DNA of 64,000 nt from Scyliorhinus canicula (GCF_902713615.1 NC_052172.1:18013327-18077326), one strand, 5' to 3'. Counted from the stretch's first letter, positions 37,345 to 50,255 are shown. Notes: a model not told the origin generated them from the sequence alone. Translations and numbers: made by a program.

Positions 37345-40300
37345 GCTGCGGTAGGAGGCAGGGTTTGAAAGTGTTGACACGCAAGGCTGCAGCCAGCATG
37401 AGGTGACACTTGATGGAGTGGCAGATCTTTTTCCTGTATGTAAATGATGCCTGATCAGAGTCGAGCTTTTCACACAGGTCTCAGAGAGCCTTGCATTGAT
37501 ATACCACTTGTCATGACCACCAGGCACCTCAAAGCATTTACAAACAACGTAGTCAGCCCATGCTTGCAAAACCCTGGTGGACGTGAGATGTGACCACGAT
37601 TGGGCAGCACTTGGGCTGAACAATCCCAAGTGTGCTATCAACCTACTTAAAACAATCAGCCAAGTTTGTAACTTACGTGGCTTATTTACGCTTGCTAGAG
37701 AGGACATTTGTTCATATAGTAATCTTTATTATTGTCACAAGTAGGCTTACATTAACATTGCAATGAATAGGGCAGCACGGTGGTGCAGTGGATTAGCACT
37801 GCTGCCTCACGCCGCCGAGGTCCCAGGTTTCGTTCCCGCCTCTGGGTCACTGTCCGTATGGAGTTTGCACATTCTCCCCGTGTCTGTGTGGGTTTCGCCC
37901 CCACAATCCAAAAAGATGTGCAGGGTAGGAGGGTTGGCCAGGCTAAATTGCCCCATAATTGGAAAAAATGAATTGGGTAGTCTAAATTTAGAAAAAAAAA
38001 ACATTGCAATGAAGTTGTTTGTTATGAAACGCCTAGTTGCCACATTCCAGAGCCTGAGGGAGAATTCAGAATGTCCAATTCATCTGACAAGCACGTCTTT
38101 CAGGACTTCTGGGAGGAAACCAGAGCACCCGGAGAAAACCTACGCAGACACGGGGAGAACGTGCAGACTCCAGACAGACAGTCACCCAAACCGGGAATTG
38201 AACCCGGGACCCCGGCGTTGTGAAGCCACAGTGCTAACCACTGTGCTACCCTGCCACCCATATGCCCATTCTCTGCAAAGAAAGGAAATCTGCTCAAGAC
38301 CTGCACCTATTTTGAATTACCTGGGAGCTTTGTTATAGAATGATAGCATCCCTACAGATCAGAAGGAGGCCATTCGCCCCATTAAGACTGCACTAACCCT
38401 CTGAAAGAGGACCCTACCTAGACCCAATCCCCCACCCTATCCCCGTAACTTCACCAAGGGGCAATTCAGCAATTCAGCGTGGTCGATCCGCACGGGGCAC
38501 CCGGAGGAAACCCACGCAGACACGGGGAGAATGTGCAGACTCCACACGGACGGTCACCCGAGGTCGGAATCGAACCTGGGTCCCTGGTGCTGTGAGGCAG
38601 AAGTGCTAACCACTGCTCCGCCGTGCCGCCCGTTGCTACCTCCGCCACAATGCCTCAGCCAATCAGAGTAGACCTTCCCACCAATCAGCCCTCTTTTCCC
38701 TTGTAGCAACAAATGGTTGCAACCGTTGAAATTTGACATTTTTGTGTTTGTTCTGATGAGTGTGCGATGAAAAACTTCGACAACGTGGCGTGTGTATTCT
38801 ACCCGTCGGCCGCGCACACCCGGGGCGCCCGGGATTGGGCGTGAAAGTTGTCCCGCCCTCGAGCGGCCCTGGAAGGCGGTTTCAGGCTGGCTGTCCAATG
38901 AACGGCTCTCTGAGAGATTGAGAGCTGCCAGGGAGAGGGCGGGCGCGGAGGAAAGAGAGGGCTGCGGGGTTGGCACTTGTAACATTCTCTCTCAGCGGTA
39001 CAGCCACGGCGGAGCTGCGTCAGGGAGCTGCTGACCTGTGAGAAACGATGTTTCAGCCGTAGTCAAGCTCTGCGCTACCCGTGTGAGTGCTTTGCGGAGG
39101 CCTCCTGGCCCAGTGAGCTTGCCGACCCCACCTCAGAGCCGGAAGCTGCCGGTTCGAGTCTCACCCCCTCCAGGACGTGACGGCGAAGGGAGGTGCGTTC
39201 GTAATGCGGGCAAACGGGTCGGTGTCAACCTGCAAACCCTTCCCAACACTCGCCAATGGCTGGCAGGAGCGGGAGGGATTCTTTTTTTTAAAATTTAGAT
39301 TACCCAATTATTTTTTCCAATTAAGGGGCAATTTAGCGTGGCCAATCCACTTACTCTGCACATCTTTGGGTTGTGGGGGCGAAACCCACGCAGACACGGG
39401 GAGAATGTGCAAACTCCACACAGACAGTGACCCAGAGCCGGGATTCGAACCTGGGACCTCAGCGCCGTGAGGCGGTTGTGCTAACCACTAGGCCACCGTG
39501 CTGCCCTCTCGGGAGGGATTCTTGATCAGCCACGCTTGATGTGGAGTGGCGCACCCTCGTGCTATCGCCCTCCGGTGACAGACTAGCGACCTGTTCCGGG
39601 AATTAATAATGACAACTACTAACTATGGAAACAGACGAAAGTGTGCCTTAGCGCATCACCATGTGCGGGAAGTGAATGGGAAGTGGATACTTCTGAAGTG
39701 TAATAATCATTGTTGCAACGGAAGGAATGCAGGGCTCCATTTGCGCACAGCAAGTTCTCGCTAGCAACGATGTCACAATATCCAGTTGATCTGCGTGTGT
39801 GTGTGTGTGTGTGCGCGATGTTGACTGAGGGATTCCACCCCTCACAATAGGTCGCTGGAGAGACCAGGCAGGACCCCGGTTTGATCTCTCTGCCGGACCT
39901 CCTGCCGCGCTGCACTGCACTCTCCGCCTCGACTTTAGTGTTCCAGTCCCGGAGGGGGGACCCGAAGACGAAACTGAAACTCGGTGACTCAGAGGCGAGA
40001 GTGCACTGCCCCAGCCACACCAGGAATGCAGAATGTTATTCATCTATTCTAAATATAAACCACCTGACCACATTCCTGCTGGCGGAGTCCTGAGTCATTC
40101 CTCGCGCAAGATGAAACTGATTTCACTATTTACATATTTTCTGAGTGAGGTGGCCCCCCCTCAGGGAGTACACAGGGAACACCAGCTCTGATGCTGGAGG
40201 TGCTTGGGCATGCCCAAGACAAAGGCCAGAGGGAGGGAATCCCTGGCCTCCTGCTGAATTATCCATCGATCTAGGAGGGCTGGCACTGTGCGAACGAGCA

Positions 40301-42436
40301 GAAACGGAATCAGACTGGATTCCCGCTCCAGTGTGTGTGCGACGTCTCACTATTTTTCACAATTAGGGGATCGCTCCCAAGGCCAACATTTCCGTCCCCA
40401 TTTGCCCTGAAGAAGGCGGTGATCAGCCTTCGAACAATAGCGGGACAAGAGGGGGGGTCATTCGGGCCCATGAGTCTGATTCGCAGCGCTGTGAGGAGGG
40501 GGCATTCTACATGTTTGACCGAGCCCAGTGACGATGAAGGAACGGCCAATATATCGCCGGGCCGGGGTGGCGAGGGCATGTGACTCGGAGGGGAGCTTAC
40601 ATACATACATACATAGAACATAGAAAATACAGCACAGAACAGGCCCTTCGGCCCACGATGTTGTGCCGAACCTTTGTCCTAGATTAATCATAGAATTAAC
40701 AGTGCAGAAGGAGGCCATTCAGCCCATCGAGTCTGCACCGGCTCTTGGAAAGAGCACCCTACCCAAGGTCAACACCTCCACCCTATCCCCATAACCCAGT
40801 AACCCCACCCAACACTAAGGGCAATTTTGGACACTAAGGGCAATTTATCACGGCCAATCCACCTAACCTGCACATCTTTGGACTGTGGGAGGAAACCGGA
40901 GCACCCGGAGGAAACCCACGCAGACAGGGGGAGGATATGCAGACTCCGCACAGACAGTGACCCAAGCCGGAATTGAACCTGGGACCCTGGAGCTGTGAAG
41001 CAATTGTGCTAACCACTGTGCTACCGTGCTGCCCTTAAGAACAAATTAATCTACACTCCATTATTGTACCGTAATCCATGCACCTATCCAATAGCCGCTT
41101 GAAGGTCCCTAATGTTTCCGACTCAACTACTTCCACAGACAGTGCATTCCATGCCCCCACTACTCTCTGGGTAAAGAACGGGTACATGAGCAAGGAGCAG
41201 GCGGAGGCCATTCGGCCCCCAAGCCTGCTCCGCCATTTAATAAACTCATGGCTGAACCGATAGTAACTTCAAATCTGCATCCCCCCCACTTCCCCGTAAC
41301 CTATCACCCCATTATTTACCAAGGGCGTGATCGGACGGTCACACTGCGTCTGAAAAACAGCTCGCCGTGGCGCAGAATAGAAGCCAGGAGACCCTCACTC
41401 CCAGGATCTACCCGGCCCGCAATGTGAAGGCTGCCCATTGTGAGCAGGATTACTTTTTAGCAAATCTTTTAATTTTTAATAATCTTTATTAGTGTCACAA
41501 GTAGGCTTACATTAAGACTGCAATGAAGTTACTGTGAAAAGCCCCTAGTCGCCACACTCCGGCGCCTGTTTGGGTACACAGAGAGAGAATTCAGAATGTC
41601 CAATTCACCTAACAAGCACGTCTTTCGGGACTTGTGGGAGGAATCCGGAGCACATTAGATAGAGCGAGACAGCTAGTCTCACTTTTTAAAAATAAATTTA
41701 GAGTACCCAATTCATTATTTTCAATTAAGCGGCAATTTCACGTGGTCAATCCACCTACTCTGTGCAGCATGCTAGCACAGTGAATAGCACTGTTGTTTCA
41801 CAGCTCCAGGGTCCCAGGTTCGATTCCCGGCTTGGGTCGCTGTCTGTGCGGAGTCTGCACGTTCTCCTCGTGGGTTTCCTCCGGGTGCGCCGGTGACAAT
41901 AAAGATTATTATTATTATCTTTGTGTTGTGGGGGTGAGACCCACGCGAACACGGGGAGAATGTGCAAACTCCACACGGACAGTGACCCAGAGCTGGGATC
42001 GAACCTGGGACCTCGGCGCCGTGAGGCAGCAGCGCTAACCCACAGGTTCTGCCACCCACTCTCTCTCTCTCCCTCACTCTCTCCACAGATGACGCCTGAT
42101 CTGCTTGGATTTTCCTTTTTTTGTTTGTGCGTATTTCAGATTTCCAGAATCTGCACTTAATTTGTTTTTGTTGACGTGGAATGTGTTTTCCTGGGGGAGA
42201 GAGAGAGAGACAGATAGAGAGAAAGAGTTGCTTCTCTTTTTAACCTCACCCCCCCCCCAAAAAAAAGAGGAAATCGAAAGAAGGAATCAAAGATTGTTAA
42301 AAAAGCCTTTCAATTTCCCCTCATTATATATGTGTGTATACATATTTCCAAAACCTCATTTAGATCACCCCCATAGCCTTCTCTTTTCAACTCAACCACA
42401 CGGATAGAATTCCCACCAATTCTAAATATTCAGGGG

Positions 42437-44140
42437 CGGGGAGGGCGTCTATTTTAAGTTGAGGCAGGGGGCTTCTGTTTAAGTTGAGAGTGGGAGGGGG
42501 GGGTCTGTTTTGAGTTGTGGGAGGGGCTTCTGTTTTAAGTTGAGGGAGGGGGTCTGTTTTATGTTGAGGGAGGGGGTCTGTTTTATGTTGAGGGAGGGGA
42601 CGTCTGTTTGAAATTGAGGGAGGGAGTCTGTTTTATGTTGAGAGAGGGAGGGGGCATCTGTTTTAAGTTGAGGGAGGGGGCGTCTTTGTTGACTGAGGAT
42701 GGTCTGTTTTAAGTTGGGGAGGGGGTCTGTTTTAAGTTGAGGGAGGTGGCGTCTGTTTAAGTTGAGGGAGGAGGTCTGTTTTAAGTTGAGGGAGGGGTTC
42801 CATTTTAAGTTGAGGGAGGGGTTCCGTTTTATGGTGAGAGAGGGAGGGGATGTCTGTTTTAAGTTGAGGGAGGGGTTCCGTTTTATGGTGAGAGAGGGAG
42901 GGGGTCTGTTTTAAGTTGAGGGAGGGGTTCCGTTTTATGGTGAGAGAGGGAGGGGGTCTGTTTTAAGTTGAGGGAGGGGATGTCTGTTTTAAGTTAAGGG
43001 AGGGGTTCCGTTTTATGGTGAGAGAGGGAGGGGGTCTGTTTTACATTGAGGGAGGGGATGTCTGTTTTAAGTTAAGGGAGGGGTTTTGTTTTAAGTTGAG
43101 GGAGGGGTTCTGTTTTACGTTGAGGGAGGGGATGTCTGTTTTAAGTTAAGAGAGGGGTTTTGTTTTAAGTTGAGGCAGGGGGGTCTGTTTTAAGTTGAGG
43201 GAGGGGGCGTCCGTTTTAAGTTGAGGGATGGGGTCTGTTTTAAGTTGAGGATGTGCCGTCTGTTTTAAGTTGAGGGAGGTGCCGTCTGTTTTAAGTTGAG
43301 GGAGGGGGCGTCTGTTTTGAGGGAAGGGGTCTGTTTTATGGTGAGAGAGGGAGAGGGTCTGTTTTAAGCTGAGGGAGGGGGGCGTCGATTTTATGTTGAG
43401 AGAGGGAGGGGGGGTCTGTTTTAAGTTGAGGTAAGGGGTCTGTTTTAAGTTGAGAGAGTGAGGGGGTATCTGTTTTAAGTTGAGGGAGTGGGCGTCTGTT
43501 TGAAGTTGAGGGAGGGGGTCTGTTTTAAGGTGCGAGAGGGAGGGAGTTGGTTTTAAGTTGAGGGAGGGGGTCTGTTTTAAGTTGAAGGAGGGGGTCTTCT
43601 ATTTTAAATTGAGGGAGGGAGTCTATTTTATATTGAGGGAGGGGGTCTGTTTTGAGTTGAGGGAGGGGGTCTGTTTTAAGTTGAGGGAGGGGGTCTTCTA
43701 TTTTAAATTGAGGGAGGGGGTCTGTTTTAAGTTAGAGAGGGGCTGTCTGTTTTAAGTTGAGGGGGGGTCTGTTATTTAAAAAAAATTTAGAATACCCAAT
43801 TCATTTTCTCCAATTAAGGGGCAATTTAATGTGGCCAATTGACCTACCCTGCACATCTTTGGGTTGTGGGGGCGAAGAGGGGGGGGGTCTGTTTTAAGTT
43901 GAGGGTGGGGTTCTGTTTGATGGCGAGAGAGGGAGGGGGTCTGTTTTAAGTTGAGGGAGGGGAGCTCTATTTTAAATTGAGGGAGGGGCGTCTGTTTTAA
44001 GTTGAGGGAGGGGCTTCTGTTTTAGGTTGAGGGAGAGGGTCTGTTTTGAGTTGGGGGGGGCATTTTAAGTTGAGGGGGGTCTGTTTTAAATTGAGGGAGG
44101 GGGTTTTCTGCTTTAAATTGAGGGAGGGGGGTTTCTGCTT
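42437..44140 (+). repeat. G-rich minisatellite, unit about 25 bp (GTCTGTTTTAAGTTGAGGGAGGGGG), interrupted by a SINE tail at about 43777-43875
   Basis: Dozens of degenerate tandem units are directly visible. Confidence 0.95.
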
Positions 44141-44398
44141 TCAGCTCCAACTTTAGCTGAAATGCCCTTTTTATTTGATGAAGACAACAGGATATGATTA
44201 AAGCGAATTTCCTTCCCCGTGCAATATCACACTTGAAAAATACAGCCAGCTTCAAAGGGTAAATGAAAAAAGTTTGGGAGTTTTTAGAGACGAAGACTCC
44301 AAGATGAGGAAATGGGTGAACAGGCACCAAGGGCTTAAAAAAGGACAGTAATATACAGTAATAATCACCTATGAAAAAGCACCCGGAATCACGTATTT

Positions 44399-44446
44399 GG
44401 TATTCCCCCTATTCTAAATAGGGAGGCGGGGTTATTTATATATAAA
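44399..44446 (+). promoter_or_regulatory. IkappaB gene core promoter: kappaB-like site, GC box and TATA box
   Basis: GGTATTCCCC (44399-44408), GGGAGGCGGGG (44421-44431) and TATAAA (44441-44446), about 100 nt upstream of the ATG. A further GCGAATTTCC lies at 44203-44212. Confidence 0.7.
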
Positions 44447-44548
44447 TGTTTCCGCCTACAGTGACTAGTTCTCAGTTTGGGAGTAAGATTCAAGAGTACA
44501 CACACACACACACACAGAGCAGCAGCAATAATCCCTGCTGCCTTTGTG

Positions 44549-44793
44549 ATGGCTCAGTTTGCAACAGGTTACAGAGAGGCTCAGGACAGGAGCAGGAATG
44601 GTAAACCTTTGGAGCCAAAGCTGGCGCTGGAAGGGGAGAGGCTGGACAGTGGCATCGACTCCATGCAAGAGGCGGAAGACAGTCTGGACAGTGTGACAGA
44701 CCGGGTGGACAATCTGAACATCGGCTCCGGGGGTGAGGAGCATCAACAGCCCACCCAGGGTTGGGCCACGTTCAGGAGCGAAGATGGGGACAC
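44549..44793 (+). CDS. IkappaB (NFKBIA-like) exon 1: signal-response domain with DSGIDS degron
   Basis: MAQF...K19..K24..RLDSGIDSM...SEDGDT. GTAAGT donor at 44794; 245 bp, phase 2. Confidence 0.93.
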
Positions 44794-44862
44794 GTAAGTT
44801 TCCATTTGTCACAATCCCCTCCAAATTTGCCTGGATTGGGGGGGGGGGGGGGGGGGGGGGGA

Positions 44863-45140
44863 TTTTGAAACTAACTTTAAAGCTAGAGATTATTTGAAAA
44901 ACTGTTAATGTAAAGTTTGAAACTGGAACTAACTTTGAAACTAACTTTAAGGCTCTGGATTATTTAAGAAACTATTACCTTTAAATTTGAAACTAACTTT
45001 AAAGCTCTGGATTATTTGAGGAACTATTAATTTTAAGTTTGAAACTAATTTTAAGGCTGGGGTTTATTTAAGAAGCTATTAATTTGAAACTTGAAACTGA
45101 AACGAAGTTTAAAATTAACTTTTAAGGCTAGGGATTATTT
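44863..45140 (+). repeat. Degenerate AT-rich tandem repeat (about 50-bp unit, GAAACTAACTTTAAAGCT...GATTATTT) at the start of IkappaB intron 1
   Basis: About five imperfect copies, with one more at about 45690-45733 after the SINE insertions. Confidence 0.75.
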
Positions 45141-45733
45141 AGAATCATGGAATAGAATATCTACAATGCAGAAGGAGGCCATTTGACCAGTGTCTGTACC
45201 GACCCTCTGAAAGAGTACCCTATCCAGGCCCACTCCCCCGCCCCATTCCCGCAACCTTTGGATACTAAGGGTATTTTAAAAAAATAATAATTTAGAGTAC
45301 CCGATTAATTCTTTCCAATTAAGGGGCAATTTAGCGTGGCCAATCCACCTTCCCTGCACATCTTTGGGTTGCGGGGGCGAAACCCACGCAGACAGGGGGA
45401 GAATGTGCAAACTCCACACGGACAGTGACCCAGAGCCGGGATTGAACCTGGGACCTCAGCACCGTGATGCAGCAATGCTAACCACTGCGCCACCCTGCTG
45501 CCCATAAGGAGTAATTTAGCGCGGCCAATCCAGCTCCTCTGCATGTCTTTGGACTGTGGGAGGAAACCAGGGCACCCGGAGGAAACCCACGCAGACACGG
45601 GGGGGAGAACGTGCAGACTCCGCACAGACAGTGACCCGAGGCCGGGAATCAAACCGGCGCTGTGTGGCAGGGGCGCGTTGTGAAACAATTTATTTAAAAG
45701 TTGGAAACTAAGTTTAAGGCTGGTGATTATTTA

Positions 45734-45891
45734 TGATGTGGAGATGCCGGCGTTGGACTGGGGTGAGCACAGTAAGAAGTCTGACAGCACCAGGTTAAAG
45801 TCCAACAGGTTTGTTTCGAATCACTAGCTTTCGGAGCACGTGTTTGAAACAAACCTGTTGGACTTTAACCTGGTGTTGTAAGACTTCTTAC
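45734..45891. mobile_element. Same Penelope-derived family, shorter fold-back copy
   Basis: Forward arm + inverted arm; 12-bp TSD GGTGATTATTTA. Other copies at about 18824-19002 and 19721-19845. Confidence 0.7.
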
Positions 45892-48029
45892 GGTGATTAT
45901 TTAAGAATCAATTTATATGGCCCCCTCCACGACCTCAGGATGTCAGTACCTACTTTTGTAATGTCGGAAGCAGGGCAACAGTGCATGGCAAGATCCCATA
46001 CCCTTGACTGAGTTGGCCAGGATGGAACTCTTCTTTGAAGAGTGTGTTTTACATCTACCCGAGTTGGCAGACGGGGCCCTAGTTTAGTGCCTCTGGTGGT
46101 ACCCCTGACTGTGTAGCAGCCTCTCAGTACTCTGCCTGGGGATGTGAGCTTGGATTTTGGTGCTTAAGTTTCTGGAGTGGGACTTTCTGGATGATCGATG
46201 AGGGCTTCTGGCTGACGCACCAAAGTCTGGCCTACGTTCTGGTCAATGCAGTTTTGTTTAGAATGACTCGGCGTCGCACTTCAGTGGCTCTTCCTCGTGT
46301 GTTCCCCCCGAGAGGGAAGTGCAATCTGGCAGCAATGTCAGGCAAGGGTTTCGTTTTAACTTCTTCTTCTAAGATGGGGGAGACAAAGCGCAAAATAATC
46401 TGCGTGGGAGGGAGCGAGAATGTGACTGAGACAAAGGAGTGATACAACATGTCGCTAATCAGAAGGAATGTACCCCAACACTGAGCCTGATTAAACTGAT
46501 TAATCGGATACTTTCACTCCAGGCTCTGAGGAAAATACATCGCAGAACCTTCTTCATGCGTGAAATAGAAACAGGAGGCGGTCATTCAGCCCTTTTGAGT
46601 CTGCCCTGCTATTCATAATGGGTCCCAGATAGACTGTCCTACGTGTGTGGAGGCCATTTATAATCAAATCCTAATATTGCAACTCTAATTTTAAAAACAT
46701 CATTCGTGGGATGTGGGTGTCAGGAACAGCATTCATGTCCATCCCTAATTGCCTCTCGAGAGATCGTGGTGAGCCTCCTCCTTGAACTTTTGTAATCCAT
46801 GTGGTACACCCACCGTGCTGTTAGGGAGGGAGTTCCAGGACTTTGACCCATTGACAGTGAAGGAACGGACGATTATATTTCCAAGTCAGGATGGTGTGCG
46901 GAGAGGAATGTCCAGGCAATGGCATTCCCAAGCATCCGCTGCCCTTGTCCCTCCAGGTGATGGAGGTCACAGGTGACCCATTCCATCTGCCTCACTGGTT
47001 AATGATCAGTCTGGGGAAACACCAATTGATTTCCTCCCGTACCTATAAGAGACTGTAAGACATAGGAGTGGAATTCGGCCACTCGGCCCATCGAGTCTGC
47101 TCTGTCATTCAATCACGGCTGATATGTTTCTCATCCCCAGTCTCCTGCCTTCTCCCCATAACCCCTTATCCCCTTATTAATCCAGAACCTATCTATCTCT
47201 GTCTTAAAGACACTCAGTGATTTGGCCTCCACAGCCTTCTGCGGCAAAGCGTCACCTCATTAACTCGGGGACCATTTAGTAATCGCAACACTCACTGTTA
47301 AAACATTGTCTCCCAATTGAATGTCCTTGGGTGTACTGTGCAGAATGACTGACTGACAAAGCTAAGGCCCTTTACTCGGCTACGGGAGTGACCTGGTAGG
47401 GTTTTAAAAAGTGATAGGGTAGAAAGAGACGGAGGATGTTACCCCTGGTGTGGGAGACCAGAGCTAGGGGGCCAGAAATGGAGGATGAGCGCGAACAAGC
47501 CAAAGGTGAAACTCTGGGAAAACCTCTTTGCTGACGAGAGCAGTGGGAACGTGGAACGCGCCGCCTCAAGGGAGCCGAATAGCTGAGATGCACTCGAGAG
47601 GAAGCTGGATGAGTTCACGAGGGAGAAAGGATAATTAGGATAGACAGATGAGGGTGAAGTAGGGTGGGAGGAGATTGGATGAAGCTTACATTGTTGACAG
47701 TTGCCACCAGGTAGGCTAAAATGGCTCCACTGCACGCTCTCAATAATCATAGAATCATAAAATTTTCAGTGCAGAAGGAGGCCACTCGGCCCATCGAGTC
47801 TGCACCGGCCCTTCGAAAGAGCACCCCACCTAAGCTCACACCACCGCCCTATCCCGGTAACCCACACTAAGGGCAATTTAGCACGGCCAATCCACCTACC
47901 CTGCACGTCTTTGGACTGGGGGAGGAAACCGGAGCACCCGGAGGAAACCCACGCAGGCACTGGGAGAAAGCGCAAACTCCACACATTCCTACGTTGCCTT
48001 GTTCCCACTTTATTGCAAAACAATTCCGC

Positions 48030-48680
48030 CCATTGTAGGTAAAAGTCCCTGCATTTCCTTCACAAAAGTCTGAGGAAATTCCCTCCGAGGGAATGCTGAG
48101 AAAATTCTACACCTTCCCTTGGGTATTCCTAACCGGCCTTCAAGTGGGTTGTGTCAAGTTCTCGAAGCTGTAGAGATAGAGTTGGTCTGTTCTGGCGCAG
48201 CTTAGCTGAGCCTTGAGCACATGTCATGAGTCGTTACCCCTAGTTCTAGGCAGGTACCTGAGAATAGTTAATCTTAAGGATGTGGACTGTTTTTTTCTGG
48301 GGGGGGAGGGGTATATGCGCACTGTACGTTTATGTTATTAAGAAAGGGACTCCCACCTTCTGCCCCTGACTGTGGTTCTCCTGCCTGACTCAGACGCGCC
48401 AACTCAGAATAGACCAGACAGCGAAATGTGGGCTATTCCTGTTTCGGTCTGGCTCGCTATATTTTCACACGCTGACCTCTGGGGAAACCCAGGTGGAAAT
48501 GCCTTTGATTGGAAGAGGGTCGGAAAAAAATTTCAGGCGCACGCTGAGAGGACCCAAAATGACTGTTGTAGAAGTGAAACGCTCGTTGACCTTGAACTAA
48601 ATGACTCACCTGCACACTCCTTCGTCGTGTCCATGACCTTTGACCGGGGACATGTGCTGGTTGAGTGACTTTCCCCGAAT
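48030..48680. promoter_or_regulatory. Candidate intronic NF-kappaB/AP-1 enhancer in IkappaB intron 1
   Basis: GGAAATTCCC 48074-48083, GGGCTATTCC 48430-48439, GGGGAAACCC 48481-48490, GTGACTTTCC 48665-48674; TGACTCA at 48386-48392 and 48602-48608; unique sequence. Confidence 0.5.
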
Positions 48681-49560
48681 CTGGGCGACCGTTACTTTAC
48701 CGTTGACATTGATGGCCAAAGCAAGGCGACACGATGGCGCAGTGGTTAGCACTGCTGCCTCCCGGCGCCGAGGTCCTGGGTCCGATCCCGGCTCTGGATC
48801 ACTGTCCGTGTGGAGTTTGCACATTCTCCCCGTGTTTGCGTGGGTTTCGCCCCGCAGCCCAAAGATGTGCAGGGTGGGTGGATTGGCCACGCTAAATTGC
48901 CCCTTAATTGGAAAAAAAATTAATCGTCTAAATTTATGAAAAACAAACTTGCATTTGTATAACACCTTCAATGCACTTGGAAATGTCCCAAGCCGTACGT
49001 GGTGATGTGAGGGGCAGGCAGTCAAAGAGTTTGGTCAAAGAGGTGGGTAAAAAAGAATAAAAACAGAAAATGTTGGATAAAGCCCACAGGTCTGGCAGCA
49101 TCTGTATATAGAGAGAGAGAACATGAATGACTGTTCTTGAGAAGGGCCATTCAGATCTCGCCCCACCAGTGCTGGCAGACCTGCAGAATTTATCCAGCAT
49201 TTTCTGCTTTAATTCCCGATTTCCTGCATCCACAGTAATTAGTTTGTATTTAGGGATTGAGAAAGCTCTTAATGGAGGGGAGTGAGAGAGAGGTTCTGGG
49301 GAGAGAATTCCAGAGTTTGGGCCTTGTAGACAGCTGAAGGCACCAAATGTGGGATGAAGCAACCTGGAGGTGCTCAAGAGATGTGATATCTTCTTAGTGA
49401 TGTGGTGATATCTTAGTGACGTGTTGATAATGCCCAGCGCCCTGGAATTTCTTCCCTAAATCTCTTTTTCCTCCTTTTGAATATGTTCCTTACAACCTAC
49501 CTCTTTGATCAAGCTTTTGGCCACCTGTCCCTAATATCTCCTTAGATTGGGGTCCGTGTA

Positions 49561-49785
49561 GGGCAGCACGATGGCCTAGTGGTTAGCACAACCGCCTCAC
49601 GGCGCTGAGGTCCCAGGTTCGATCCCGGCTCTGGGTCACTGTCCGTGTGGAGTTTGCACATTCTCCCCGTGTCTGCGTGGGTTTCGCCCCCACAACCCAA
49701 AAATGTGCAGAGTAGGTGGATTGGCCACGCTAAATTGCCCCTTAATTGGAAAAAATAATTGGGTAATCTAAATTTATTAAAAAAA
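49561..49785 (+). mobile_element. Representative tRNA-head V-SINE (HE1-like), poly(A)-tailed subfamily; dozens of copies in the window (e.g. 4472, 6316, 17000, 25405, 26950, 29320, 39290, 50530)
   Basis: Pol III A/B boxes (TGGCCTAGTGG / GGTTCGATCCC), conserved TGTGGAGTTTGCACATTCTCCCCGTGTCTGCGTGGGTTT core, A-tail, 16-bp TSD AGATTGGGGTCCGTGT. Confidence 0.9.
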
Positions 49786-50255
49786 AGATTGGGGTCCGTG
49801 TCAAGTCGTCTCAGATGATGCTTGCAGAGGGCCTTGGGGGTGGGGATGCTTCTAAAGGCACAATTAAAATGCTTGCCTGATATTGCCCCAAGGGCCTTCC
49901 ACGGGACAGTTTACGACATTTGAAAGGGATATAATGAGCGAGCGAGGCGCCAGGGAGGGAATTGGGTGAGGAGGAAACGCAATTCTGAGACGCAAAAGAA
50001 TTTTCATTTCACTTCCCATCTCCTCCTCTTTTGAAACTAAAGGACTTATTTCCAGTCAGAGTGGATTGTGGAACTCCCCATTAGCTGAGCGGATGCGTCA
50101 ATACTTCACTGGTTTTCAATGGACAGCTGCCAGCGATGTAGAAATGATTACTCACCTTGCTCGGGGCAAACTGCGATTTCTCAGGAAATTTGCACGCTGT
50201 GCGTTTTAATTCCTCAATCTCCATTAGTAATTTCCCTTCTCTCTCTCTCTCGCAG

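Noticed and set aside
42437-44140. CRISPR-like array
   Set aside because: Vertebrate DNA; degenerate tandem units without unique spacers; no cas genes.
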